This document shows positions 25,079 through 37,620 of a DNA stretch of 64,000 bases, piece after piece. The notes beneath the pieces were generated by a model. It was not told the DNA's origin. It searched no databases and worked only from the letters and a program-made list of their open reading frames with translations. The DNA comes from Carcharhinus amblyrhynchos. Taxonomy: Eukaryota. Numbering within the stretch: position 1 is the first letter of the stretch; each line of letters begins with the position of its first letter. Made by a program: the position numbers and the translations under genes. The DNA is taken from NCBI GenBank assembly GCA_965287045.1, contig OZ336874.1:58094001-58158000 (forward strand), in the 5' to 3' direction.

Positions 25079-26568
25079 AGGAACAATAGTTGACATTCCA
25101 GTTGTTGATTACTACGTACAATCCCACTGGTGGATTTTGGATGAGGATTGCATTGTACCTGCAACTGTTGGACATTGAACCTGTTGTTACTCATGGATAA
25201 CATAAAGAATGTACCTCTCGGACAAGGTACCAAATAATGTTCATGGAATTGCAGTGCCTTCAGGATAGTGGGAGAGAAAAAATTGGAAGGTAAGAAAGGA
25301 ATTTTTAAAAATGTCATGAAGAAATAAAATAAATCCTCTTGTTAGAAAGGCCTAATGGTAATCATGCAGGATTTCTCATACGCAGCCTTCTTAGTCTGTG
25401 AACCGTAAAATTTGGGAGGTAGAAATGTCATCTGCTGACCATATACATCTCCCATATTATAATTACCAGATAGTGTTACATATCTGTTGGAAAATTATGT
25501 ATGATTTGAGAGGGGGAGAAAACAATATATTGTAATTATTTTGAATTGTTTTAAAAATCCCAGCTTGTTCAATGCTTCTTTTTTAGAGTGATAACATTTC
25601 ACCAAAATTTTGATTTCAAATGAGCACAATGAGATATTTTTGTGGATGCTATATGGGTATTTTTCATAAGCTCTTTCCAATGTAACTGAGATATAATTAA
25701 TTTGACCTACTTACTGAGAGTCAGCACAATCATATTTAAATGGATTGGCTGAAGCAACTGTTAATAGAAAGCCTGTGTTTAATTTAATCCTCTCGAGTAA
25801 GCTCATCTGCTCCAGAATTATCAATGCTTCATTGTCAATCGAAGTTTTTAATGGCCCATGGTACACTGAGGTAAGAAATACATTCTCTCTCTGCCTTGTT
25901 TATACATTGCACAGACTAGCTTAAAATGGAAATGGCCTGTGTTCTGAACATATTGATTCCTGGTGTTCTGGAGTCTGTCCTGCTTAAATTATGGAACAGA
26001 TTTGAAGGTGCTGGCAACAATACAAAAACAGCTGTTCATGTGCATGTCTGCACTTCTGCAACTGTTTAAAAGCTCTGTTTGCTACTTTAATTTTCTAATC
26101 CGTGATATTCCTAGATGCAATGTTTAAAGTGGAATTTGTTAAGTAGTGGTAATTCTCTTAATTGAGTACCTTAAGCCCCAGCAATCTTAACTCTGCCAAT
26201 GCCTTTTGGCCCTGCTCATTCAAATAGTTAAGATTTCACAAGTATTTGGTCAAACTCACTAACGTCAATAAGGTCAAAGAACAATTTAGTAATCGCTTGG
26301 AAAAGATCAAGTTGTGCTGCATGTTATTTGTCAAAAATATATGCACTGACCTAATCTTTTCTAGACTCGGGTTCATTCCTTCCTCAGCCAAGTGGGCACT
26401 TGTTTAATTTCTCCTTCTTAACACACGAAGATACTAAGCCCCAACTAGCTCTCAATTCCAATTTCCCCGTTTGGTTCCTCTTAGCCCCACTAGCTTTCTT
26501 ATAATTCATGAGATGTGAATGTCAATGATTAGGCCAGCATTTGCTCCCCATCTCCAATTTTATTTTAT

Positions 26569-26862
26569 TCATTCATGGGACATGGGTATCACTAGTAGGC
26601 CAGCATTTACTGCCCATCCCAAGTTGCCCAAGGACAGTTGAGAGTCAACCAAATTGCTGTGGTTCTGAAGTCACATGTAGGCCAGACCAGGTAAGGGTGG
26701 CAAATTTCCTTCCCTAGACGACAGTAGTGAACCAAATGGATTTTTCTAACAATCAACAATGGTGTCATGGTCATAGGTAGATTTTTAATTCCAGATATTG
26801 TTTATTGAATTCAAATTCTACCATCTGCCATGGCAGGATTCGAACCTGGGTCCTCAGAATAT
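26569..26862 (-). mobile_element. SINE family B copy inserted near the 3' end of a family A LINE
   Basis: Reverse complement of 5091-5425 (GGATTCGAACC, GTAGGCCAGACCAGG, CCAGCATTTACTGCCCATCCC). Confidence 0.85.
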
Positions 26863-27800
26863 TAGCCCTTGAGAAAATGGTAGTGAGCCACTTGAGCGAC
26901 TGCAGTCCAACTGTTATAAGCACTGTCGAAAAGGGAGTTCCAGGATTTTGATCCAGCAGTTGTGAAGGAAGGACAATATAGTTAGGGTGGCATGTGGCTC
27001 AGAGAGGATCTTGCAGATGGTGATGTTTCCATGCATCTGTTGGGCTTTGTTGTTTGAGTTGGTAAAGGTCGTGGTTTGAAAGGTGATGTCAAAGGAGACT
27101 TGCCATGTGCATCTTGTAAATGATGCAAACTGATATTATTGTATATCAATGATGGGGGGATTGAATGCTCATGGTGATGGATGGAGTGCAGATCAAATAG
27201 GTTGCTTGTCCTAGATGGTGTGAAGCTTCTTGAGTGTTGTTGGAGTTGCTCTCAACCTGGCAAATGGAGAGTATTCCATTGCAGTCCTGAACAAGTTGTC
27301 TAGTATACATAAAGCTTGCAGGAGTCAGTAAGTGAGTTACTCTCCACAGAATTAGCAGCCCACTGACCTGCTCTTGTAACCATAGTATTTATGTGGCTGA
27401 TCCAGTTCAGATGCTGTTTATTGTTAATGAAAATGTTGATCTTAGGGGATTCAGTGAAGGTAATTGCCATTGAATATCAAGAGATGGTTAGATTCTTTCT
27501 TGCTGTAGACAGTAATTTCCCGGCACATATTTGGTGCAAATTTTATTTGCCACTTATCAGCCAAAGCCTGAATGTTGTCCAGATCCTGCTGCAAATGGCA
27601 TGACTATATCAGTATCTGAGTAATTGCAAATGGCACTGAATATTGCAATAATCAGCAAACATCCACATTCTGACTTTCTGATGGAGGGAAGGTCATTGAT
27701 GAAGCAGTTGAAGATGGTTGGGGCGAGAACATGCCTTGAGGAACTCCTGCAGTGTTGCCCAGGGTGGTAATGGTCAGCTTCCCACAACCACAACCATCTT
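26863..27800 (-). mobile_element. LINE family A ORF2 relic
   Basis: Minus-strand VLAPTIFNCFINDLPS; homologous to 23530-25078. Its tail continues at ~26505-26560. Confidence 0.8.
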
Positions 27801-28029
27801 CCAACCCATGGAAGGTTTGCCCCTAATTCTCATTGATGTCAGACTTGGTACAATTCCTCAATATTACATTCAGTTAAATGCTGCCTCAAGGGCAGGTTCA
27901 TCTCTGTCCTACACTGCTGATTACTCCTAATTCCACTGTTTAAGAAAACATATGTGCTATACATGTGTAAAATGATGGGCAGTGCTCCAGAAAGCATGTT
28001 TCAGTCTGTTGCTAATCTCAAAGAAATCA

Positions 28030-28770
28030 CTAATGATCAATGAATCGATGATCTGGCTTTTGATGGAAAGGGTTCCAGAGGTTCACGATCCTTTGAGAGA
28101 AAAAGAAAATTCTCCTCATCTCTGTCTCAAATGAGTGACCTCTTATTTTTAAACAGTGACCCCTCATTCTGGATTTTCCCATAAGAGGAAACATCTCCAC
28201 ATCCACGCTGTCAAGACCCCTCAAGATCTTAAAGGTTTTGATCAAGTCTCCTTTTACTCTTCTAAACTCCAGTGAATACTAACCTAACCTGTTCAACCTT
28301 TCCTTGTAAGGCAACCTGTCCATTCCTGATATTAGTAAACCTTCATTAAACTACTTCTAAATGTTTTTACATCTTTGCTTAAATAAGGAGACCCACAATG
28401 TACCCAATATGTCCTTTATAACTGAAGCATAACCTCCCTAATTTTGTAATCAAATCACTTTACCATAAAAGATAACATTCCGTTAGTTTTCCTAATTACT
28501 TGCTGTACCTCTTTGCTAGCCTCCTGTGATTCATGCACTAAAACATTCAGATACCTCTGTACCTCGGAGCTCTGCAATCTTTCACCATTTAGATCATTAG
28601 CTTTTTTTTATTCTTCCTGCCAAAGTGGCAATTTCATATTTTTCCACATTATACTCCATTTCCTGGATCTTTACCTACTCATTTAATCTATGTCTCTTTG
28701 TAGCATATTTACATCCACTTCACAATTGACTTTCCTACCTATCTTTGTGTCAGCTAATTTAGCAACCTTG
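28030..28770 (-). mobile_element. CR1 ORF2 C-terminal relic
   Basis: IKTFKILRGLDSVDVEMFPLMG.SR.RGH.LKIRG..F.TEMRR.FFSQRIVNLWN. Confidence 0.85.
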
Positions 28771-29939
28771 CCTTAGAGAACACTATGAATCTTCCTCATT
28801 ATACTGTCTCCTACTACCACTATATTCTTTTCTGTTCCTCCGACTGCTCAGCCTGCAGCTCGATGACTCAGGGTCAAAGCTTCTCAAGCCAGAGACATTT
28901 GCTGCAGAACTGTTTTCCTCAGATAACACTCATATCCCAGAGCACCCACCTGCTGCAGCCTTGACGCATCATCCGTCCTGCCACACTTACGAGGGTTTAT
29001 TCATTACTTAATTGTTTTATTCAATTCTTTAGATAATTGTTTATCTTATCACAAATTCCAGTACTATCAAAACCTTAGGAAAACAGGTGCTGACCATTTA
29101 TTGGATATTCACCAACAGCTCACTTTTCCCCTTGTAGTAGAGTAGAAGCCAATTCCTGCAGGGGGGAAACGTTAGAAATAGCAAACGGATATCTCCCTCC
29201 TCACAAACTTTCGTACTCTGTCGAGGTTGCACTCCAGGTCCAGTCAGCAAATGTCCATCTTAGAAAGAGTGCTACAAGATTGGGACCTATCGATGTCTAT
29301 GATGCTCGTCTGATCTCTGGCTATAGTGCACTCCTGTTGAAGTTTCAGGGGCAAAAGAGCAAAATGTTGTGGGCTTCTGGTGTGTTTCTAAACACATCAA
29401 GTGTTTAATAAAAGCTGCCAAAAAATGAGCAAAAAAGACAACATTACTTGTTAAAAGCATATTGAGCATCATTGTAATTAATGATGAACTTGTGCAATAT
29501 TCCATGCCTCCAGTGTCAAACCGCAAAGTAGGTACTTTGGTCTAGGTCAACTGGAAAGGGAGGATTCCAAAGCATCAACTCAGCCCAACGTGAAGTAAAT
29601 AATGTAGAGGAGGTTTCTCCCCGGGTGCATGGGTGTGGCTACCATCAATAGTAGTTGTATTGCAATGGAACAGCAGTGGGAGGAAGAAAATCCAAAGTAT
29701 GGTCTATAGGAGATATTGCCCCTGGCATTGGTTATCATGTAGCAGTCATGACAAAAGAACAGTGCATAATGAGGCTTAGATTGTGAAGGGAACCCACGAT
29801 TAAAGAGGATCACAAAGTTTTACAGAAATAAGTAACCACCTTCACGAGAGAATAAAGGTGATGAAAGTAATCACAGACTTCACCTTTCAAGCCAGATGGA
29901 CATTCCAACCTACAACATGGTACATCTGAGAAGTTTTTT

Positions 29940-30505
29940 TATTCATTCACAGACACGGGCTTCGCTGGCTGGCCAGCATTTATTGCCCATCCCTAGTTGC
30001 CCTTGGGAAAGTGGCGTTGAGCTATCTTCTTGAATCACTGCAGTCCACATCTGTGGGTTGACTACAGTGCCACTAGGGAAGGAATTCCAGGATTTTGACT
30101 GTGAAGGAATGTCAATACATTTCCAAGTCAGGATGGTGAATGGCTTAAAGGGGAACTTGCAGGTGGTGACGTTCCCATGTATCTACTGGCCTTGTCCTTC
30201 TAGATGGAAGTAGTTGTGGGTTTGGAAGGTGCTGTCTAAGGATCTTTGATGAATTGCAGTGCATCTTGTACATAGTACATATTGCTGCTACTGAGTGTTG
30301 GTGGGAGAGGTCTTTGTGGATGTGGTGTCAATTAAGCAGGCTACTTTGTTCTGGATGGTGTCAAGCTTCTTGAGTGTTGTTGGAGCTGCATCCATCCAGA
30401 CAAGAAGGGAGTATTCAATCACATTCCTGACTTGTGATTTATAGATGGTGGACATACTTTGGGGAGTCAGGAGGTGAGTTTTTGCTGCAGTATTCCTAGT
30501 CTCTG
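29940..30505 (-). mobile_element. LINE family A 3' fragment
   Basis: Reverse complement of 11005-11512. Confidence 0.85.
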
Positions 30506-30725
30506 GTATGTTTTCCCATTCTACTCACAAATCTACGCATATGGACAATAGGAAGGCCTCAACTTATTGTTGCTAATTATAATTGAATTTTGCAAACATG
30601 GCCTGAAGCAGAAAGAACCCTAGCTAATGTGGTGATTGCATACAAGCTGTCTGCCATTTTACACACTTAAGTGCCCTGTTTTCACCAATAAAACAGCTAG
30701 AACATGAACCTTGCCAAATGAGTTT

Positions 30726-31630
30726 AGGATGAATTTTCCCTTGTGTGCACAAAGTGCAGAGATGGCTGTGGAAAATGGCGTTCATTGTGCCAGCTGCAAT
30801 GGCATGTTTTTGCACTGTATTGTCTGCTTCAGAACTAACTAAATATCCATCCATCTCCATTGGATTGCAGGCAGGCAACTCCTGATACACCTGTCCTGAC
30901 ATGACCTTACTGCTTCCTCGCTTGGGAGCTGTATTTAAATCATACCAGAACACAGACTAGGACTGCTCCAGGCGAGAGATAGCCCAGAAACCAAAAAACA
31001 GCAAACCCCAAGTTTTGTGACTTCTCATTGAGGCACCTGCTGGACCCCATAAAGAACCACCACAATGTTCTCTCATCTGGTGATGGCCAGTGGTCCGCCA
31101 ACCTCACCATCTGGCTTGGGAGATGGTGGAAAAGGCAATCACTGCCAAGGCCACTTAGAAGAGACCAGCCACCTGGTTCAGGAAGAGGATGAATCATTTC
31201 ATCTGTGCCATCATGGGAAGTTCATCACTTTGCTGCTCTTAACTCATGGACTCACCAGCCCATCACACATTCACATTCATCTCACTCACTGCCAGCTCAA
31301 GGGACGTCACCATTCAGTCTCTCACACACATTTTCACATTTCCATCAGGCTTATGGCCTCTCGAACTCAGATCCTTATCTTGCCCATTGTTCCATTCGCC
31401 TCACACACATACCAGGCATCCTTATCATCTGCTTTGGCATGTGTTCTGCTCACACTCTCTCCATCTGTCTTTATGTAAGACAAGATAGCCCATAAGAACA
31501 GAGATGGAGTGGTTAAAATTTGGGCCCTCACTCCTTTTGAGGATGTGGAGTGCACCTGTAGCAACAGTGACCTACACACCCAAGTGAGAATCCTGCATCA
31601 ACTCATCCTACAGACAGTCCTCTCCATTTC
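30726..31630 (+). pseudogene. Harbinger left end plus Myb/SANT gene relic
   Basis: TIR-like GGATGAATTTTCC; KTANPKFCDFSLRHLL and KIAHKN motifs; CA/CT-rich intron similar to 12000-12225. Confidence 0.55.
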
Positions 31631-31631
31631 T

Positions 31632-33410
31632 CTAGTCAGTGTTGAACTGCTGTATCTTCTTGCTCAAATGCTCACTAATATTTGGCATTGGGAGTAATTC
31701 TGAAATTATTGCTCTTGAGATCTGGCTTTTTGATTCCGTCTCTAACTCCCTAAAATCTGTTTTTAGGACCTCATCCCTTTTGTCACCATTGATCCCAATG
31801 TGAATCAAGATCTCTGGCTGTTCTCCTTCCCCCAAAAGATGCAATGCAACTGCATTGTGACATCCTTGACCCTGGCACCAGGGAGGCAACATATTATTCT
31901 GAAGTCTGCTTGCCTAACTATTGAATCCCCTACCACTAGCATTTCCTGCTTGTGCAGCTGAGCCATGCATGGTATCATGAACTTGAGTCTTACTACAGTT
32001 ATCTAAAGGACCATCTCACTCACCAGTATCCAAAATGGATAAGCAAAGCAAGTTGGCCTCAGGGGATTCCTGCACTACGCGCCTCTTCCTCTGTGATACT
32101 GTGGTGCTCACCCATTCCCTTTCTGCCTGTGTACTTCTTTGCTGTGATGTGATCACCTCTCTAAAAATGCTATCCATGTAATCCTTAGCCTTGCAAATGC
32201 ATCACAATGACTCTAGCCATCACTCAGGTTTTGCAACCTGGAGTTCAGGGCTGCGATCCTCCCATCCGGACCTGCAATTTTTCTGTTGGGTCCGGGCGGG
32301 AGATGTGTGTCACTGGCCTTGTTCTGGGATTTGCGCATACGCCAGGAACTCATGTGCACCTCCCAGAGCTGGCGAACAGTCGCTGGTCACACCATGCTGG
32401 AAACCAGCGACAAGGCAGGTAAGGCAGAATCTTTTTTTCATCTGTTTTAAATGTATTTTACATTTCATTTTCGGGAACTTACTGGTCCCGATTGAATCTC
32501 CCACTTGCCAGGAGTACTTCATTCTGGCGGGATTTAGAGGAGCTCCCCACGTTTGGGGAACAAACGGGAGACCCCCGTCTGAATGAAGGGGAGGCAATTG
32601 GAGCCCCGCAGGGGGTCGGGTGGTGGGGGGGGCATTGTTGCCTTCTGGCACTGCCCAAGGGGCAAAGTGCCCATGCCCAGGGGGTACCTGGGCACTGCCC
32701 ATCAGGTCATACCAAGGGGTGAGGCCTATTGTGGGCAGAGCTTAGGGGTGATCGGTGGGGGGGTCCCACTGCTGCTTTGATGGCGATCGATCTGGGATGG
32801 AGGGAGGGTAGTGATTGGGGCGGGGTGGAGGCAGGAGTGGTCTTCTGGGGGGGTGGTCTGACCCCAGGGGGTGGTCAGCAGGAGGGTGGTCTGCCAGGGT
32901 GAGGGTGTTGGGCAGAACACCACTGCTGGGGGGGGGAAGGGTGGGCTGGACATCGGGGTGCTTTGGGGCCAGGGAGTCAGGGCTGGCCTGGGAGTTGTTG
33001 TGGGGGCTGTGATTGGTGGGGGGGGGTGGTGTGTGGTGCTGAAGGAGCAGCACTGCGGGGGTCCCAAGCTGGCCAGCAAACAGGGAGTCTGACAGATTGA
33101 GACCACTGCACGTGTAGAATTCCAGAACTGTCAGACTCTGGCGCCAATAGGCCCTGCCCCCCCTTGTTTTTTAATAAGATTCATGATTGGGACCTCCGCA
33201 GTGCACAGAGTGGGGAAATTCAAGTGAGTAGTTGTACTGACAAAACAGTCGGGATCTAGAACAGTTTTCCCGCCAATTCAACGCTTTTGGGAGAACTGCA
33301 GCCCAGGTTTTGGGAACTGATGACACTTCCTTCCATACTGCAATATATTCATCCAGGGCACTTTGTGCCTGCACAACTCCCCACATCCTGCAACATGCAC
33401 ATTCCACATA
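31632..33410 (-). mobile_element. CR1 ORF1 relic (zinc finger plus SGNH esterase), split by a MITE
   Basis: VECACCRMWGVV...LDEY (ORF1 N-terminal zinc finger) at ~33330-33410 and GEGEQPEILIHIGIN..KRDEVL...IISELLP.P (esterase) at 31632-31892. Confidence 0.75.
32249..33303. mobile_element. Non-autonomous Harbinger-type element (MITE), ~1055 bp, with TIRs and 3-bp TSD
   Basis: 5' GGCTGCGATCCTCCCA and 3' TGGGAGAACTGCAGCC (imperfect inverted repeats), flanked by CAG at 32246-32248 and 33304-33306; G-rich interior. Confidence 0.8.
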
Positions 33411-33829
33411 ATTATCACTCATGTGTTTCCCCACCACCACCCCCCAAAATATATACGCCTGTTTTCTGACAAATTATTATAATAGAATGGAACCCAGAAC
33501 CATGGTGAGACCTGACCTACAGTGTTTGTGATTTAAGGGAACTGGCTTGTGACTATGGTTCCTTCATGTTTGTAGGTGGAATGAACAGCAGTCGGGCCCT
33601 ACATGTTCTGAGAGTTAGCAGCAGTTGATGGAAGAGGGAGATGATGGACTCAGTAGAGCTGGTGCAGGCCAAGATACAGCCTCTGACTATTTTCCACTTT
33701 CTCCCAGTCATTACATCAGTGCCGGCACATTACTTGATGAGTGTGAGGCTACCCTGTGAAAATGTTAATTGTCACCAATCCAACCATTACTCCAATGGCT
33801 TTGTTTGAAGTTGGAGACTCCAGTGTACC

Positions 33830-34150
33830 AGGTCAACTCAACAAACCTCCTTCGACAACAACTTCCAAACTCCTGACTTCTACCATCTCGAATGGCAAGG
33901 GGAGCAAATGTATTGCAATATCACCACCTGCATGTTCTCCTCCAAGTCGCACACCATCCTGACTTGTAACTATATCATCATTCCTTCATTGTTCCGTCAA
34001 AATCCTGGAACTGCCTTCCTATCAGCACTGTGAGAGGGCATACTCCAGATGGACTGCAGCAGTTCGAGAAGGTAGCCCCTTCATCTACTTCTCAAAGGCA
34101 ATTAGGGATGATCATGTGATTGTCCCTAACCCAATCCTATGAAAGGATAA
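33830..34150 (+). mobile_element. LINE family A 3' fragment
   Basis: CTTCCAAAC...CCAAGTCGCACACCATCCTGACT...AAAATCCTGGAACT...GGCAATTAGGGATG. Confidence 0.75.
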
Positions 34151-34323
34151 AAAAAATCAAAGGTTATGGAAGAAACCTGATGTGTGCTAGGACCTGGTAC
34201 ATCCAGATTTCGGTTAAATTTCTGGTCCTTCTAGCACATTTCTAACAAAGCTATATCAGGTATGTGAAAACTTCATTAAAATTATTGATGCTAACCTAGG
34301 CAGTAAAAACATTCAATTAATGT

Positions 34324-34590
34324 TGGGGCAGCATGATGGCACAGCAATTCCAGCCTCGGGTCACTGTCTGTGTGGAGTCTACACATTCTCCCCGTGTCTA
34401 TGTGGGTTTCCTATGGGTGTTCCTATTTCCTCCCACAGTCCAAAAACGTGGGGGGGGTTAGGTTGATTGGCCATCCTAGTGTCAGAGGAATGTGGGGTTT
34501 TGGGACTTGGGCCTGGGTGGGACTGTGGTCAATGCAGACTTGATGGGCCGAATGGCCTCTTTCTGCTCTGTAGGAATTCTATGACTATGT
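34324..34590 (+). mobile_element. HE1-like V-SINE with CR1-derived tail
   Basis: V-domain GGGTCACTGTCTGTGTGGAGT...TTCTCCCCGTGTCT..GTGGGTTTCC, tail GATGGGCCGAATGGCCTC.TTCTGC.CTGTA..ATTCTATG. Confidence 0.85.
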
Positions 34591-34652
34591 AATTCAAACA
34601 ATAATTGAGGTCTATAACCAGAGACTAAAAAAAAGGAGTTAAACATGTCCCA

Positions 34653-34760
34653 ATACTGCAAATGCTGAAAATCTGGGGGAAGAAAAAACAAAAATACTGG
34701 AAATACTCGACAAGTCTGACAGTATTTGTGGAGCGAGAAACAGAGCTAAAGGTTATTTTC
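34653..34760. mobile_element. Penelope-like element terminal fragment
   Basis: TACTGCAAATGCTGAAAATCTG...TACTGGAAATACTC..CAAGTCTGACAG.ATTTGTGGAG.GAGAAACAGAG; second copy at 45880-46050. Confidence 0.5.
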
Positions 34761-36477
34761 AGCAGAACTAAGTAAATTGATCTTAATTACATTTAAAAAA
34801 ATATATTTACAGTGACCTTATCATAAAAGTTGGAGGTACAAGTTGTCCAGCATCTGAAAATTGAATTTAAGTTCTGGATTCATACATCAGTCTTTATCAG
34901 AACTGGCATAGTCAGACTTTCTGACTGTCAAGGTCAAATCAGGATACACGCAAGAAATCAAAGAGGAGGAGGGGAAAAACAGATAGATGGCACCAGTTCC
35001 TGTTCATTACACAGAAAACATACTCAACCAATGTGCTCCAAGATGAGAGATCTGGAATGTCATTGACTCAAATAAGTAGATTGTTGCGACTATGCTTTCA
35101 TTCCACACCAATTTTCCTGAATAATTTTTCTCCCCATCGCTCTATTTCTGATGGTGTTGGCTCTTTACTTGGTTCATGCAAGTATGCAGCATTCATACTG
35201 AATCTTGACATTGACAATCAAGGGCTGTTCAAGTATGCACACTTTCATATGTGAGAGCAATTCTCTCCTCACCTAATATCTACTCAAATGCAAGTCCACC
35301 ACTTGAACTGTATTTAGAAATGAATGTCTTAACTCCGTTTTTCCCATTTACCTCGTGTATTGAAGTCAATTGTAGCAGACCCATCAGAACTCACTAATTT
35401 AACACAGACCCAGGATCCTATGTGGGTACTTTGTTATCTATGTGGCTAAACTACTCACTGAATGAACCCACTGAATTATTGTGAAATGCTGAGTACTCTT
35501 GTTGTTAATTTGCTTTTTCTATAAAATATCATTAAACAGGGTATAGATAAATATGGTGTGAAAATGGTGCCTTGCTAAATTGATACTGCTGGCATCTGAC
35601 AGCATTAGAAACTACTAAAATCATTATACTAGATTATTAACGGTTAATTCTGTCACTTACAATAGTCAAGTGCTTGCTGCTGCAGATTTGGCTCTGCACA
35701 TCTATTGGAAATTCTACCTCTATATAAGGACTGGCACCCTTCGCTGTGAACCCAAACAACGCCAAAACCTTTATCAACTCCTGCCATATCCTTTTCCCAG
35801 TGTCCCAAATCACTGCAATGGCCGAGTGGCTCCTTTTATTGTTCCACCATCCCACAATCTCAAATCTGGTTATACATTATCCAAGGCTCACAATCCCTCA
35901 GGATTCCTGTTCTCAATTCCCAAGCACTCATCTCATTGTTACCAATCCTCACAGCTTTCAACAATATTATATACAACTCTGACCTCCAACCTACCTACCA
36001 CTTGGAACATCTATCTTCCCTGGTATTCTGGGCTTTACAAAACTGCTCAATAACATTTTAATATGGTTTACAGTTTCCATGCAAATACGTACATAGTTGT
36101 AGGATTTGAGCCCCAAAATTATCTGTTACACAACTGCAATGTTTTGACATAATAAATGACATACTAAAGCAAATATAATACTGTACATTAGAGGAAATAA
36201 AATAGCATATCCTCTGAGTTATCATGAACAGGTGAAGCTACCTGGACATATCAGAAAGGCAGTGCCAAGGGAGACTGCAGCTCTCCAGGGAGATGGTCAC
36301 AGATGAAGAGCTCACACCTCGTCCACTCATAGACAGGCCCTGCCAAAAGCAGTCAAATTTTCTTTGGCCTTGAATTTCTTTGCCTCTGGATCTTTTCAGT
36401 GCTTAGCCAGGGATCTGTGCAGCATCTCATAAATGGCAGCACACAGCTGCATGATGCCAAAAAAAAAGTAAAGTTAT

Positions 36478-36754
36478 AGTTTATTTGTTAGCCGCAAGTA
36501 AGGCTAACATTGACACTACAATTAAGTTACTACGAAATTCCCCTAGTCGCCACACTCCAGCGCCTGTTTGGGTCAATGTACGAACCAGCACATCTTTCAG
36601 ACTGTAAGAGGAAATCCGAGCACCTGGAGGAAACACACGCAGACACAGGGAGAATGTGTAGACTCCACATAGACAGTGACCCAAACTGGGAATCAAACCT
36701 GGATCCTGGTGCTGTGAGGCAGCAGTGCTAACCACTGTGCCACCGTGCCGCCCC
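36478..36754 (-). mobile_element. Near full-length tRNA-derived V-SINE with non-CR1 tail
   Basis: Minus strand GGGGCGGCACGGTGGCACAGTGGTTAGCACTGCTGCCTCACAGC (A box)...GGTTTGATTCCC (B box), V domain, tail ...GTAACTTAATTGTAGTGT.AATGT.AGCC.TACTTG...AAATAAAC. Confidence 0.9.
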
Positions 36755-36984
36755 ACCCTTGCCATGGCTGAAAAATACAACAAATTCCCCCCTGATTGGG
36801 CCTCCCAGATTTGGGGGGGCCCTTAGATTTGTTGCAATCATTAGTTCCACAATGATGACAAGTACAGGGTATTAGTGACTGTACCCATGCACTTCATTGC
36901 AGTGATAACGTAAGCCTATTTGTGACACTAATAAATAAAGTTTAAAACTGTAATGTGGGCATCATGTCACCTACTGACTAATTA

Positions 36985-37620
36985 ACTGGAGATGTGCATC
37001 AGCAGGAAGGCCTACCACTTGAAGGTACAGCTGGTGTACAACCACAAGAAAAACTCCCTGCATGTCTGTGCATGCTTTACTGGAAGCTGCCATGATGCAT
37101 TTACTCTCCACCTGTCAAGCTTTCCATTCCTCTTCCATCTCATGCTTGGCCGATCACCAGGTCTGTGGATGGATTCTTGGAGACAAGGGCAAACCCGAAC
37201 CTATGGTTCCTCATGCCTGTATGGGTACTGTGAGGCATTAGAATGACAACCATCTGCCATAAGAACCCTCCTCAAGCAGTCCAATGGCCTGCTCAAGATG
37301 TGCTTTCGCCACCTGGATCATTGGATGGTGCTCTGCAGTACTGACCTGCCAGGTTTCTTACATGGCTGTGGTGTGATACATACTTTACAACATAGCTGAA
37401 CAAAGGGAAATGACTATTGATGAGGTAGGGACAGAGGACGGTGGGATGTCTTTGGAGAAGGAATTTGAGAAGGACCTAGGAAAGTATAGGACAGGGGATG
37501 CAAAGAGGAAGATTCCTGCTGCATGGTCGAGGTGACCATGGAGGTGGCCGGGCCCAGGGTGTCACTGCAAGGTTTGCAAGAGACCATCTGATGCAGTGAT
37601 GATTCAGACGAGGAATTCTG
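36985..37620 (+). pseudogene. Second HARBI1-like transposase relic
   Basis: SRKAYHLKVQLVYNH...VCACFTGSCHDAFTL, then LLKMCFRHLD and a LQY/LHN-like segment with an acidic tail; a TIR-like GGGAAATTCCAGCC at ~39397-39410 may be its right end. Confidence 0.75.

Noticed and set aside
36700-36754. tRNA gene
   Set aside because: The A/B boxes belong to a SINE head followed by a V domain; no complete cloverleaf.
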